Part shown: positions 24,804 to 34,413 of the stretch, piece by piece
Position numbering within the stretch: position 1 is the first letter of the stretch
Layout: every line of letters starts with the position of its first letter
Assembly: GCA_963714135.1 (NCBI GenBank)
Contig: OY970231.1
Location: 3,111,219-3,175,218 of the forward strand
Source: an uncultured Gammaproteobacteria bacterium
Lineage (GTDB): Bacteria > Pseudomonadota > Gammaproteobacteria > Xanthomonadales > Xanthomonadaceae
Reading direction: 5' to 3'
Length of the DNA stretch: 64,000 bases
Program-made: the position numbers and the translations under genes
Notes under the pieces: generated by a model
Told to the model about the DNA's origin: nothing
The model's input: the letters and a program-made list of their open reading frames with translations, nothing else
The model's database searches: none

Positions 24804-27218
24804 ATGAGCGTGCCGCAATTGCGTGGGGATCGGGCGGATCTTGCGTTTGGTCTTGTTCCTGCGAAAAACAGTGAGGCTTTGGCTGAGCGGCTTTCGGCGA
24901 AATATGCCGAGCGCGTGACTGGCCGCTTTTTGATTCCCGGGCGGGCTGGGCGTTATGCGCCTTTGCCCGAGGCTTTGCCGCCGGCATTGATCGAAGCTTT
25001 GCGCGCTCGCGGTATCGATCGGCTCTATAGCCATCAGGCCGAGGCTTGGGCGGCGACGCAGCGTGGCGAGCATACGGTCGTGGTCACGCCCACTGCGTCG
25101 GGCAAGACGCTGTGCTACACCTTGCCGGTGGTCGCGGCGGCGATGGGCCAGCGGGCCAAGGCGCTGTATTTGTTTCCGACCAAGGCGCTGGCGCAAGACC
25201 AAGTGGCCGAGCTGTTGGAATTGAACAAGGCCGGCGATCTCGGTGTGCGCGCTTTCACCTTCGATGGAGACACGCCCGGCGATGCGCGGCAGGCGATTCG
25301 TTTGCACGGCGATGTGGTGGTGAGCAATCCGGACATGCTGCACCAGGGCATCTTGCCGCATCACACCAAGTGGGCGCAGTTCTTCGAGAACCTGCATTAC
25401 GTGGTGATCGATGAGATCCACACCTATCGCGGCGTGTTCGGTTCGCAAGTTGCCAATGTGCTGCGCCGGTTGCAGCGGGTGTGCGCGTTCTACGGCGCCA
25501 AACCGCAATTCATCCTGTGCTCGGCGACGATCGGCAACCCCAAGGCGCATGCTGAGGCCTTGATCGAAGCGCCGGTCACCGCCATCACCGAGAGCGGCGC
25601 GCCCAGCGGTGAGAAACACGTGCTGCTGTGGAATCCGCCGGTGATCAATCCCGATCTGGGCTTGCGTGCATCGGCGCGTTCGCAATCCAACCGCATCGCG
25701 CGGCTGGCGATCAAAGCCGGTTTGAAGACACTGGTGTTCGCACAATCGCGCACGATGGTGGAAGTGCTGACCAAATACCTCAAGGATGTGTTCGACCACG
25801 ACCCGCGAAAACCCGCACGCATCCGCGCCTATCGCGGCGGTTATTTGCCCACCGAACGCCGCGCCGCCGAGCGCGACATGCGCGCCGGCCGCATCGACGG
25901 CATCGTCAGCACCTCGGCGCTGGAACTGGGCGTGGATATCGGCAGCCTCGACGTCGTGGTGCTCAACGGTTATCCCGGTTCCATCGCCGGCACCTGGCAG
26001 CGTCTGGGCCGCGCAGGCCGCAGGCAGCAACCGGCGCTCGGCGTGCTGGTCGCCAGCAGCGATCCGCTCGATCAATACCTGGTGCGCCATCCGGAATTCT
26101 TCGAAGGCGCGCCGCCCGAGCAAGCACGCCTGCATGCCGACCAACCCTTGATCCTGCTCGATCACATCCGTTGCGCCGCTTTCGAATTGCCATTCGTGCG
26201 CGGTGAAACTTTCGGCCCGGCCGATGCGACGCCCTATCTCGAAGTGCTGGCGGAAACCGAAGTGCTGCATCGTGAGGGCGAGCGCTGGGAATGGATTGCC
26301 GATAGCTATCCGGCCAATGCGGTGAGTTTGCGTTCGGTGGCGGACGGCAATTTTGTCGTGGTCGATCGCAGCGACGGGCGGCAGAACATCATCGCCGAGG
26401 TGGACTACAGCGGCGCCGCGCTTACGCTCTACGAGGGCGCGATCCACATGGTGCAATCACTGCCCTACCAGGTCGAGAAACTCGACTGGGAAGGCCGCAA
26501 GGCCTACGTGACGCGCACGCACGTGGACTATTACACCGACGCCATCGACTACACGCGCCTGAAGGTGCTCGAACGATTCGATGGCGCCAACACCGGACAA
26601 GGCAGCACGCATCATGGCGAGGTGCATGTCGTGCGCCGCGTCGCCGGCTACAAGAAAATCCGCTACTACACGCACGAGAACATCGGCTTCGGGCCGGTGA
26701 ACCTGCCCGATCAAGAACTGCACACCACGGCAGTGTGGTGGCAATTGCCGCAAGCAGTATTGGAGAGTGAATTTTCATCGCATCAGGACGCGCTCGATGG
26801 TTTTCTCGGCGCGGCCTACGCGCTGCATATCATCGCCACCGTGGCGGTGATGGCCGAAGCGCGTGATCTGCAAAAAGCGGTCGGCAGTGGCGACGGTGCG
26901 TGGTTCGCCGCCACTGATAGCCGCGGTCGCGGCCAGTTGCGCGGCACTGACGGCCACCCGCTCGACACCGCCCGAACCGAGCAGTTCATCCCGACGGTGT
27001 ATCTGTACGATGCCTTCCCTGGCGGCGTGGGATTGAGCGAGCCATTGTTCCGCCGTCGCGAAGAATTATTGCGGCACGCGCGTGAATTGGTTTCGCAATG
27101 CGATTGTCGCGCCGGCTGCCCGGCTTGCGTGGGGCCAGTGCTGGCCGCCGACGAAAGCATCGAAGTGCCGCCCAAGGTTTTGGCCGCGCGCGTGCTGGAA
27201 CTATTGCAATCGCCATGA
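24804..27218 (+). CDS. DEAD/DEAH-box helicase with C-terminal DUF1998 zinc-ribbon (YprA/MrfA family)
   Basis: Walker A TPTASGKT. DEIH box (VVIDEIHTYRG). SAT (CSATIGN). Helicase C motifs (TSALELGVDIG, QRLGRAGRR). C-terminal 4-Cys CDCRAGCPACV, typical of DUF1998. Confidence 0.9.
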   Translation: MSVPQLRGDRADLAFGLVPAKNSEALAERLSAKYAERVTGRFLIPGRAGRYAPLPEALPPALIEALRARGIDRLYSHQAEAWAATQRGEHTVVVTPTASGKTLCYTLPVVAAAMGQRAKALYLFPTKALAQDQVAELLELNKAGDLGVRAFTFDGDTPGDARQAIRLHGDVVVSNPDMLHQGILPHHTKWAQFFENLHYVVIDEIHTYRGVFGSQVANVLRRLQRVCAFYGAKPQFILCSATIGNPKAHAEALIEAPVTAITESGAPSGEKHVLLWNPPVINPDLGLRASARSQSNRIARLAIKAGLKTLVFAQSRTMVEVLTKYLKDVFDHDPRKPARIRAYRGGYLPTERRAAERDMRAGRIDGIVSTSALELGVDIGSLDVVVLNGYPGSIAGTWQRLGRAGRRQQPALGVLVASSDPLDQYLVRHPEFFEGAPPEQARLHADQPLILLDHIRCAAFELPFVRGETFGPADATPYLEVLAETEVLHREGERWEWIADSYPANAVSLRSVADGNFVVVDRSDGRQNIIAEVDYSGAALTLYEGAIHMVQSLPYQVEKLDWEGRKAYVTRTHVDYYTDAIDYTRLKVLERFDGANTGQGSTHHGEVHVVRRVAGYKKIRYYTHENIGFGPVNLPDQELHTTAVWWQLPQAVLESEFSSHQDALDGFLGAAYALHIIATVAVMAEARDLQKAVGSGDGAWFAATDSRGRGQLRGTDGHPLDTARTEQFIPTVYLYDAFPGGVGLSEPLFRRREELLRHARELVSQCDCRAGCPACVGPVLAADESIEVPPKVLAARVLELLQSP

Positions 27219-28108
27219 GTGCCTTGGCCGAACGCTTGCGCGGATTGCGCCAACAGGCGGGCGTGGCGCCATTGTCCGCGCCGCCACGGACGCCGATACC
27301 GGAAGAACTGCGCCGCTTGCTCGGCATCCGCGCCCGGAGCCTGCCAACCACTACACGCATCCACAACATCGATCGCGACGTGCCGGGCGAACAGATCGCA
27401 CCCGGACTGCATTACACCGAGCAGATATTCGTCGTTGCCGATTTGCCGATTTCGATCAATGCAGGCTTTGCCGGACACGGAAAAATCACGCGCGAACATC
27501 TGCTGCATTTCGATACCGAAACCACGGGCCTGGCCGGTGGCACCGGCACGCGCGCTTTCATGATCGGCGCGGCCGACTGGCATCGCGGCAAGTTACGGCT
27601 GCGGCAATTGACCACGACCACACTCGCCGCCGAAGCAGCGATGCTGCAACACTTCGCAAGCTGGATCGATGCCGACACGGTGCTGGTGAGTTACAACGGC
27701 AAGTGCTACGACGCGCCGCTGCTCAACACACGCTATCGCTTGGCGCGCATGGAAAATCCGCTGCCCGCTTGCCTGCATCTGGATTTGCTGCATCCCGTAC
27801 GCCGCCGTTGGCGCGGCGTGTGGGAAAACTGCCGGTTGGCGACTGTTGAACGGCAATTGCTGGGCGTGATTCGCGAGGACGACCTGCCCGGTTCGGAAGC
27901 GCCGCATGCCTGGCTCGATTACCTGCGCGGCGGCTCGGCACGGAACCTGCGCCGGGTCGCGGCGCACAACGCGCAAGACCTGCGCAGTTTGGCCGGCCTG
28001 TGCCTGCATCTGTCCGCGCTCAGCGAGTGCGCGCCATCCGATGACAAATGTCTCCCAGCGTCTTCAGCGCTGAGTCCGCTTTCTCGCTCATCGGATGGCC
28101 GTAGTTGA
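27215..28108 (+). CDS. RNase H-fold DEDDh 3'-5' exonuclease (YprB/MrfB-like)
   Basis: ATG 27215 overlaps the helicase stop as ATGA. Motifs: HFDTETTGL (DxE), YNGKCYDAPLL, AHNAQDLRSL (Hx4D). The 3' end overlaps the convergent MocR gene by 89 nt. Confidence 0.8.
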   Translation: MSALAERLRGLRQQAGVAPLSAPPRTPIPEELRRLLGIRARSLPTTTRIHNIDRDVPGEQIAPGLHYTEQIFVVADLPISINAGFAGHGKITREHLLHFDTETTGLAGGTGTRAFMIGAADWHRGKLRLRQLTTTTLAAEAAMLQHFASWIDADTVLVSYNGKCYDAPLLNTRYRLARMENPLPACLHLDLLHPVRRRWRGVWENCRLATVERQLLGVIREDDLPGSEAPHAWLDYLRGGSARNLRRVAAHNAQDLRSLAGLCLHLSALSECAPSDDKCLPASSALSPLSRSSDGRS

Positions 28109-29444
28109 TCCTGAGGCAATGGGTGAACGCGCGTGTCGCCGAGAACATCGGACCCGGCGCGATGCTGATGCCCGCTGCCATCGCGTGATGCTGGACGGCA
28201 AGTGCGTCCGACCCTTCGGGCAGTTCCACCCAGACGAAGTAACCGCCGGCGGGGCGGCTGACGCGCGCATTCTCCGGAAAATAACGGCTGATCGCGGCGA
28301 TGTACTGATCGCGGCTTTCCATCAATGTCTTGCGCAAGCGGCGCAGATAACGGTCGTAATTGCCGCGTTCGAGATAACGCGCGATCGCGATCTGCGCGGG
28401 AATGCAGGTGGCCAGCGTGGTGACCAGTTTCTGCCGCGCGACGGCTTGGCGAAAACGCCCGGCCGCGACCCAGCCGACCCGATATCCCGGTGCCAGCGTC
28501 TTGGAGAACGAAGAGCAATGCATGACCCAGCCTTCCCGGTCATAGGCTTTCGTGGAGACGGGCCGGTGCTCGCCGAAGTACAACTCGCTGTAAACATCGT
28601 CCTCGATCAATGGCAAGCGATAGCGCGTGACCAACTCGACCAGCGCGCGTTTCTTGTCTTCGCCCATCGTGCCGCCGAGCGGATTCTGGAAATTGGTCAT
28701 CACCCAGCAGGCCTTGGGTCGGTGCCGCCGGATCGCGATCTCCAGGGCATCGAGGTCGATGCCGTCGCGTGGATCGGTCGCCACTTCGATCGCACGCAGA
28801 TTGCGGCTTTCCAGTGCTTGCAGGCAGGCATAGAAACAAGGCGATTCGACGATCACCGCATCGCCCGGACTGCACACCGCCGACAGGCACAGATTCAGCG
28901 CTTCGAGCGCGCCGTTGGTGATGACGATGTCATCGGCGGCGATCTGCGGACCGTCGATCAGGTAGCGCAAGGCGATCTGCCGGCGCAGGCCGACATTGCC
29001 CGGCGTCAGGTCATCGATCGTGCTCCACGGGTCCAGGTGCAGCGCGCTGGACGCCATCGCCCTACCCAATTTATCCAGCGGAAACAGCAAGGGACTTGGG
29101 AACGCCGAGCCCAGGGGCACGACATCGTGCGCCATCACCGAATCGACGATCTCGAAGAAAAGCTCGTTGATCTCGACCTGGCGCGCCTCGCCGTCCGGCA
29201 TCGAGGGACGGTTCGGTTCCGGCAGCAGGGCCTGTGCCTGCGCCGCGACGTAATAGCCCGATCGCGGCCGTGAACGGATCAGGCCGCGCCCTTCCAATCG
29301 GTAATAAGCCTCGAACACGGTGGCCGGGCTGACATTACGGCTCTTGCTGGCCTGACGCACCGAGGGAAGCCGGTCGCCAGGCTTCAGGATGCCGTTCTGG
29401 ATCGAAGCGGCGATGTCGGAAGCCAGGGTTTCATAACGCTTCAT
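28020..29444 (-). CDS. MocR/GabR-type regulator (GntR wHTH fused to a PLP aminotransferase-like domain)
   Basis: MKRYETLASDIAASIQNGILKPGDRLPSVRQASKSRNVSPATVFEAYYRLEGRGLI (GntR HTH). Fold-type I aminotransferase domain with SSFSKTLAPGYRVGW (PLP lysine). Start taken at ATG 29444. Confidence 0.88.
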   Translation of the reverse strand: MKRYETLASDIAASIQNGILKPGDRLPSVRQASKSRNVSPATVFEAYYRLEGRGLIRSRPRSGYYVAAQAQALLPEPNRPSMPDGEARQVEINELFFEIVDSVMAHDVVPLGSAFPSPLLFPLDKLGRAMASSALHLDPWSTIDDLTPGNVGLRRQIALRYLIDGPQIAADDIVITNGALEALNLCLSAVCSPGDAVIVESPCFYACLQALESRNLRAIEVATDPRDGIDLDALEIAIRRHRPKACWVMTNFQNPLGGTMGEDKKRALVELVTRYRLPLIEDDVYSELYFGEHRPVSTKAYDREGWVMHCSSFSKTLAPGYRVGWVAAGRFRQAVARQKLVTTLATCIPAQIAIARYLERGNYDRYLRRLRKTLMESRDQYIAAISRYFPENARVSRPAGGYFVWVELPEGSDALAVQHHAMAAGISIAPGPMFSATRAFTHCLRINYGHPMSEKADSALKTLGDICHRMARTR

Positions 29445-29589
29445 GGGTCGAACCCGCCATGGGCTGGGATTTATGAACAGGTACCGCCGAGGCAACTGAT
29501 ATGGTTTTTTTCACGGATTCTGATTATTAAACAATTGATCCGGGAGTCGCAGACTAGCAGCCCATTGCTTCGCCTGCGAGCCCTGCCCT

Positions 29590-29901
29590 GTGCACCCACA
29601 AATCCAACTCAACCTGGCGCTGATCCTGTTTTTCCCCTGGTTCGCGATTCTCGGAGTGCTGTTTTTCATCTATCCCCGCCATTCCCGCACGCTGCGGCGG
29701 CGACTGTTCGATCTGGCCAGCCTCGTGCTCGCCGTCGGCGCTTCGGCATTGGGCATGTGCTGGAGTTTCTACAACGCCGACCCGCATGCCGGCGCGATCT
29801 GGAAGCAAGTGCTGGCCACTTCCATTTCCTACGGCATTTTCCTGCTCGTACTGACCATCGCCATCGCCGTGCGTCACTACTGGCTGCGTCAGCAGAAATG
29901 A
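29590..29901 (+). CDS. Hypothetical small membrane protein (103 aa)
   Basis: GTG start. Three or four hydrophobic helices (LALILFFPWFAILGVLFFIY, LASLVLAVGASALGMCW, SISYGIFLLVLTIAIAV). Divergent from the MocR gene. Confidence 0.45.
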   Translation: MHPQIQLNLALILFFPWFAILGVLFFIYPRHSRTLRRRLFDLASLVLAVGASALGMCWSFYNADPHAGAIWKQVLATSISYGIFLLVLTIAIAVRHYWLRQQK

Positions 29902-29946
29902 CCGGCATTCGATGAACGCGACCCCACCTCCTACGGAAATTCGATC

Positions 29947-30153
29947 ATGACAACTTTGCTCGTCGTCGCGTTCATGGTGTTGATCCTCTACAACCTCGGT
30001 GCTGGCCTGTACTACATGCTGACCGACAAAGGCACGACCAATCGCACGGTCAACGCGCTGACCAAGCGTATCCTCTTGTCGATCGGATTGATCTTGCTCG
30101 TCACGGCCGGCATCGGCGCCGGAATCATCAAGCCGCATGGTGTGTTTGGGTAA
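29947..30153 (+). CDS. Twin-TM small protein (DUF2909-like)
   Basis: 68 aa: MTTLLVVAFMVLILYNLGAGLYYMLTDKG..NRTVNALTKRILLSIGLILLV. This matches my memory of the DUF2909 pattern. Confidence 0.6.
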   Translation: MTTLLVVAFMVLILYNLGAGLYYMLTDKGTTNRTVNALTKRILLSIGLILLVTAGIGAGIIKPHGVFG

Positions 30154-30302
30154 CGCCAGCCAGCGTGTTCGTAACACGTGCCAATCGAATCCTGTTCCGG
30201 AAACAGTGAGTTGCATCTGCGTCGGTTTCGTTTGACGCTTTCGCCCACAATTTCGATCCATCGGCGCGATCTTCGTCGCGCCGCCCAACCCGGAGCCGGA
30301 TC

Positions 30303-31007
30303 ATGATCGAACGCAGACCCTTCGCCAATCTCGGTGGCGCCAACCATGGATGGCTGGACGCCAAGCACCATTTTTCCTTCGCCGAGTACCAGGACCCCGA
30401 GCGCATGCACTGGGGCGCGCTACGCGTGTGGAATGACGACACCATCCAGTCCAAAACTGGCTTCTCGCCGCATTCGCATGCGGAAATGGAAATCATCACC
30501 TATGTCCGCGAAGGTGCGATCACGCATCGCGACAGTCTGGGCAACCAGGGCCGCACTGAGGCCGGCGATGTGCAGGTGATGAGTGCGGGCACGGGCATTA
30601 CTCATTCCGAATTCAACATGGAGCCGGGCACGACGCGGATATTCCAGATCTGGATCATTCCCGACGCTCACCAGCGCGGACGTCCACCCGCCTGGGGCAC
30701 CAAGCCCTTTCCGGGCGACGACCGTTCCGGCCGATTCGTCCCGTTGGCCAGCGGCTTCAGCGATGACACCGATGCGCTGCCGATTCGCGCCGATGCCAAG
30801 GTGCTCGGCGTTCGGCTCAAGGCCGGTGAAAGCGCGACCTACGCCCTTGGAAAAAAGCGGTGCGCTTATCTGGTGCCCTCGGTCGGAAAAGTCCAGGTGA
30901 ACGATGTCTTGCTGCAAGCTCGCGACGGCGCTGCCATCGCCGATGAAGAACAACTGCGCGTCACCGCGCTGGAAGATGCCGACCTGGTGCTGGTCGATAT
31001 TGCCTGA
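30303..31007 (+). CDS. Pirin family protein (YhhW-like, quercetinase-type bicupin)
   Basis: GWLDAKHHFSFAEY and GFSPHSHAEMEIITYVREGAITHRDSLGN (metal-binding His/Glu motif). 234 aa. Confidence 0.88.
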   Translation: MIERRPFANLGGANHGWLDAKHHFSFAEYQDPERMHWGALRVWNDDTIQSKTGFSPHSHAEMEIITYVREGAITHRDSLGNQGRTEAGDVQVMSAGTGITHSEFNMEPGTTRIFQIWIIPDAHQRGRPPAWGTKPFPGDDRSGRFVPLASGFSDDTDALPIRADAKVLGVRLKAGESATYALGKKRCAYLVPSVGKVQVNDVLLQARDGAAIADEEQLRVTALEDADLVLVDIA

Positions 31008-31112
31008 ATCGGCGGCACACCCACTCGTGCGCGAAGCTGCTACCGCGAGCTTGCCTGCGCAAGCTCGCGATGGCGCATGCTAAAAAGCCTGTTCGCCGCG
31101 AGGACGGATAAC

Positions 31113-31661
31113 TCAGTGGCCGCGTGATTTCGTGACGCGCCCGCTTTCGAACAGGAACCAGGTGCGGCGTTCGGTTTCGTCGATCCACACTTCGATCAGG
31201 CTGGCGGTAGCGATGTCGTGGTGTTCGTCGCAGACGCTGTGCGCCTCGCGCATGCGTGCGGCGAGTTGCTCATTGTCTTCACGCAACTCGGCAAGCATGT
31301 CCTGCGGCTCGACATAATCGGCATCGTTGTCCTTGATCCGCTGCATACGGCCGATGTGGCCGATGGAGCGGATCGTGTGCCCGCCGACCTTGCGGATGCG
31401 CTCGGCGATGAGATCGGTCATGGCGAACAACTGCGTGGCTTGTTCGTCAAGCAGCAAATGATAGTCGCGAAAATGCGAACCGCTCATGTGCCAGTGAAAA
31501 TTCTTGGTTTTCAGGTAAAGCGCATAGACATCCGCGAGGATGCCATTCATCGCGCCGGAAATGTCCTTGGTCGCACTTGTGGTCAGGTTGGTTGGCGTTG
31601 CCAATGGCGCCTGCTGACGGTGTTTGAGGTCCTTGGTCTTGGCGGTTTCGGATTTTTTCAT
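31113..31661 (-). CDS. dps: Dps (DNA starvation/stationary-phase protection protein, ferritin-like)
   Basis: ATG 31661 is preceded by AGGAGA. YLKTKNFHWHMSGSHFRDYHLLLDEQ carries the ferroxidase-site residues. 182 aa. Confidence 0.9.
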   Translation of the reverse strand: MKKSETAKTKDLKHRQQAPLATPTNLTTSATKDISGAMNGILADVYALYLKTKNFHWHMSGSHFRDYHLLLDEQATQLFAMTDLIAERIRKVGGHTIRSIGHIGRMQRIKDNDADYVEPQDMLAELREDNEQLAARMREAHSVCDEHHDIATASLIEVWIDETERRTWFLFESGRVTKSRGH

Positions 31662-31966
31662 GGCTTTGTCTCCTGATGGTTGCAAAGCGGGCCCGGTCGC
31701 AACATGGGCGTCGGTGTGCGCACTCGATTGGCGTCAGCGCCAGCCGCGCACAGTCAACAGGCGCTGAGGTGGCATTGTTCGCCTGTCCAGAGCGCAACGC
31801 AATCAGGAATGCCTCGGCGATGCGCTGCCTTTACCAGCGCTGAAGCCACTCCAAGAAATATTCTTTCCGCCAGACCAGTTCATGAGCGCGAAACACGATC
31901 CGCTCAGGCGTCGGCGCGTGTGCCACGGTGCTAAACTTATGCGGCCTTTGCGCGATGGATGCAGTC

Positions 31967-33406
31967 ATGTTCGGACTTGATGCGCTGTTTCTTGCTCGGA
32001 TCCAGTTTGGCTTCACGATTTCGTTCCATATCGTCTTCCCCGCGTTGACCATTGGCCTTGCAAGTTATCTGGCCGTCCTCGAAGGCGCGTGGCTTTACAC
32101 GAAAAAATCGGTCTATATCGATCTCTACCATTTCTGGCTGAAAGTCTTCGCCGTCGTCTTCGGTATGGGTGTCGTTTCGGGATTGGTGATGGCTTATCAG
32201 TTCGGCACGAACTGGAGCGAATTCTCGCGCTTCGCGGGCAGCGTCACTGGGCCACTGCTGACCTACGAGGTGCTCACCGCGTTTTTTCTGGAAGCGGGAT
32301 TCCTCGGCGTGATGCTGTTCGGACACAAGCGCGTCGGCCCTGCCCTGCATTTTCTATCCACGGTCGTGGTGGCGATCGGCACGCTGATCTCCGCGACCTG
32401 GATACTGGCATCCAACAGTTGGATGCACACGCCGCAAGGTTTCGAAATTCTCGATGGCCGCGTCGTGCCCGTCGATTGGCTGCAAGTGATTTTCAATCCT
32501 TCCTTCCCGTACCGGCTCGCGCATATGGTGGTCGCCGCCTATCTCTCGACCGCGCTGGTGGTGGGTGCGGGCGCGGCCTGGCATCTGTTGCGCGGGCACA
32601 ACACGACGGCGATCCGCACCATGCTGTCGATGGCGATGTGGATGCTGCTTTTCGCCGCGCCGGTGCAAGTGTTCATCGGCGATTTGCATGGGCTGAACAC
32701 ACTCAAGTACCAGCCCGCGAAGATCGCCGCCATGGAAGGCCATTGGCAGAACAAGCCCGGCGAAGGTGTTCCGCTCATCCTGTTCGGTTTGCCCGACATG
32801 GAACAGGAACGGACCAACTACGCCGTGGAAATTCCCAGGATGGGCAGTGTGATCCTGACGCATAGCCTCGACGGGCAGTTTCCAGGACTGAAGGAATTCC
32901 CGCGCGAGGACCGGCCCAATGCCGCGGTGGTGTTCTGGACGTTTCGGGTGATGGTCGGACTGGGCCTGTTGATGATCGCGCTGGCCGTTTGCGCCGCGTG
33001 GTCGCGATGGCGGCAGCGTTTGTACAACTCGCGCGCACTGCTGCGCTTTGCATTGCTGATGGGACCGGCGGGGTTGGTCGCGTTGCTCGCCGGTTGGTTC
33101 ACCACCGAGATCGGCCGCCAACCGTGGATCGTTTACGGACTGATGCGAACCGCGGATGCCGTCTCTCCACACAGCGCCGCGCAGGTCGGATTCACGCTTG
33201 TGGTTTTCATCGGCGTGTATTTCGCCTTGTTCGGCGCGGGCACGCTTTACGCACTCGCGATCATCGGCAAAGGCCCCGTCGCGCATGAAGGCGACATTCC
33301 CTCCGAGGGTGGTCCGGGCCAGCCACGCCAGCCGATGCGCCCGATATCGGCCGCGATCGAAAGCGGACATCCCGGCGACCACAGTCAAACCACGGGAGCG
33401 AACTGA
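31967..33406 (+). CDS. cydA: Cytochrome bd-type ubiquinol oxidase subunit I (short Q-loop, cyanide-insensitive CioA-like)
   Basis: MFGLDALFLARIQFGFTISFHIVFPALTIGLASYLAVLEG. About 480 aa, which is the short form. Start chosen at ATG 31967. ATG 31955 is also possible. Confidence 0.9.
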   Translation: MFGLDALFLARIQFGFTISFHIVFPALTIGLASYLAVLEGAWLYTKKSVYIDLYHFWLKVFAVVFGMGVVSGLVMAYQFGTNWSEFSRFAGSVTGPLLTYEVLTAFFLEAGFLGVMLFGHKRVGPALHFLSTVVVAIGTLISATWILASNSWMHTPQGFEILDGRVVPVDWLQVIFNPSFPYRLAHMVVAAYLSTALVVGAGAAWHLLRGHNTTAIRTMLSMAMWMLLFAAPVQVFIGDLHGLNTLKYQPAKIAAMEGHWQNKPGEGVPLILFGLPDMEQERTNYAVEIPRMGSVILTHSLDGQFPGLKEFPREDRPNAAVVFWTFRVMVGLGLLMIALAVCAAWSRWRQRLYNSRALLRFALLMGPAGLVALLAGWFTTEIGRQPWIVYGLMRTADAVSPHSAAQVGFTLVVFIGVYFALFGAGTLYALAIIGKGPVAHEGDIPSEGGPGQPRQPMRPISAAIESGHPGDHSQTTGAN

Positions 33407-34413
33407 TGGGTATCGACCTGCCACTGGTCTGGGCGGTGATCATCCTGTTCTCGATCATGATGTATGTGGTCATGGACGGTTTCGATCTGGGCATCGGCAT
33501 GCTGTTTCCGTTCTTTCCGAAGAAGAGCGACCGCGACGTGATGATGAACACCGTCGCGCCGGTTTGGGATGGCAACGAAACCTGGCTGGTGCTGGGCGGC
33601 GCCGGTTTGATGGCCGCCTTCCCGCTGGCTTATTCGATCGTGTTGACCGCGCTGTACCTGCCGCTGGTGCTGATGCTGGTGGGCCTTATTTTTCGCGGCG
33701 TCGCCTTCGAGTTCCGGTTCAAGGCGCGTGACGATACGCGGCATTGGTGGGACAAGGCCTTCGCGGCCGGTTCCTTCGCCGCTGCTTTTTTTCAGGGCGT
33801 CACGCTTGGCGCGTACTTGAATGGCATTGCGATGCGCGACGGGCATTATGTCGGCGGCGCGCTGGATTGGATCACGCCGTTTTCGATGTTCACCGGCGTC
33901 GGATTGGTGGTCGCCTACATGCTGCTCGGCAGCACCTGGCTGGTGATGAAGACCGACGGCGCGTTGCAACAGGAAATGCGGCTGCGCACCCAGCATTGGG
34001 TGTGGGCGTTGCTGGCGGTGATCGCGGCGATCAGCCTGTGGACGCCGCTCGCGCATGCGCCGATCGCGGCACGCTGGTTCAGCCTGCCCAATCTGATCTT
34101 CTTCGCACCGGTTCCTCTATTGGTTGTGGTGGTGGCGTACTTCCTGCTGCGTTCGCTCAAGCGCGGCGGCGAAGCGGCGCCCTTCCTGTTGACGCTGGCG
34201 CTGGTTTTTCTCGGCTACAGCGGCCTGGGCATCAGCCTGTGGCCCAACGTCATTCCACCCGACACCACGATCTGGGAAGCTGCCGCACCTCCGCAGAGTC
34301 TGGGTTTCACACTCGTAGGCGCGCTGCTGATCATCCCGGTCATTCTGATGTACACCGCGTTCGGGTACTGGGTTTTCCGTGGCAAGGTCCGCACCGGCGA
34401 CGGTTATCACTGA
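33406..34413 (+). CDS. cydB: Cytochrome bd-type ubiquinol oxidase subunit II
   Basis: TGATG overlap with subunit I. The 335-aa polytopic protein starts MGIDLPLVWAVIILFSIMMYVVMDGFDLGIGMLFPF, a typical CydB/CioB N-terminus. Confidence 0.9.
   Translation: MGIDLPLVWAVIILFSIMMYVVMDGFDLGIGMLFPFFPKKSDRDVMMNTVAPVWDGNETWLVLGGAGLMAAFPLAYSIVLTALYLPLVLMLVGLIFRGVAFEFRFKARDDTRHWWDKAFAAGSFAAAFFQGVTLGAYLNGIAMRDGHYVGGALDWITPFSMFTGVGLVVAYMLLGSTWLVMKTDGALQQEMRLRTQHWVWALLAVIAAISLWTPLAHAPIAARWFSLPNLIFFAPVPLLVVVVAYFLLRSLKRGGEAAPFLLTLALVFLGYSGLGISLWPNVIPPDTTIWEAAAPPQSLGFTLVGALLIIPVILMYTAFGYWVFRGKVRTGDGYH

Noticed and set aside
24629-24874. 81-aa plus-strand ORF with a strong AGGAGG SD 5 nt upstream of its ATG, overlapping the helicase start
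   Set aside because: The product is His/Pro-rich low-complexity sequence (HPNRIRHIHPPHSHPMRPPH) arising from a pyrimidine-rich spacer, and it overlaps the helicase gene out of frame. The SD is probably coincidental. Only Ribo-seq could rescue it.
24723-26456. 577-aa minus-strand ORF
   Set aside because: Antisense to the helicase gene, which has a complete set of SF2 motifs. Its composition is not protein-like.
30192-30206. CTGT-TCCGGAA-ACAG upstream of the pirin gene as a possible SOS box
   Set aside because: The spacer is 7 nt rather than the 8 required for CTGT-N8-ACAG, and it is GC-rich rather than AT-rich. The nearby CGTGTT-CGT-AACACG hairpin (30164-30178) is more likely a transcript-end structure for the upstream gene.
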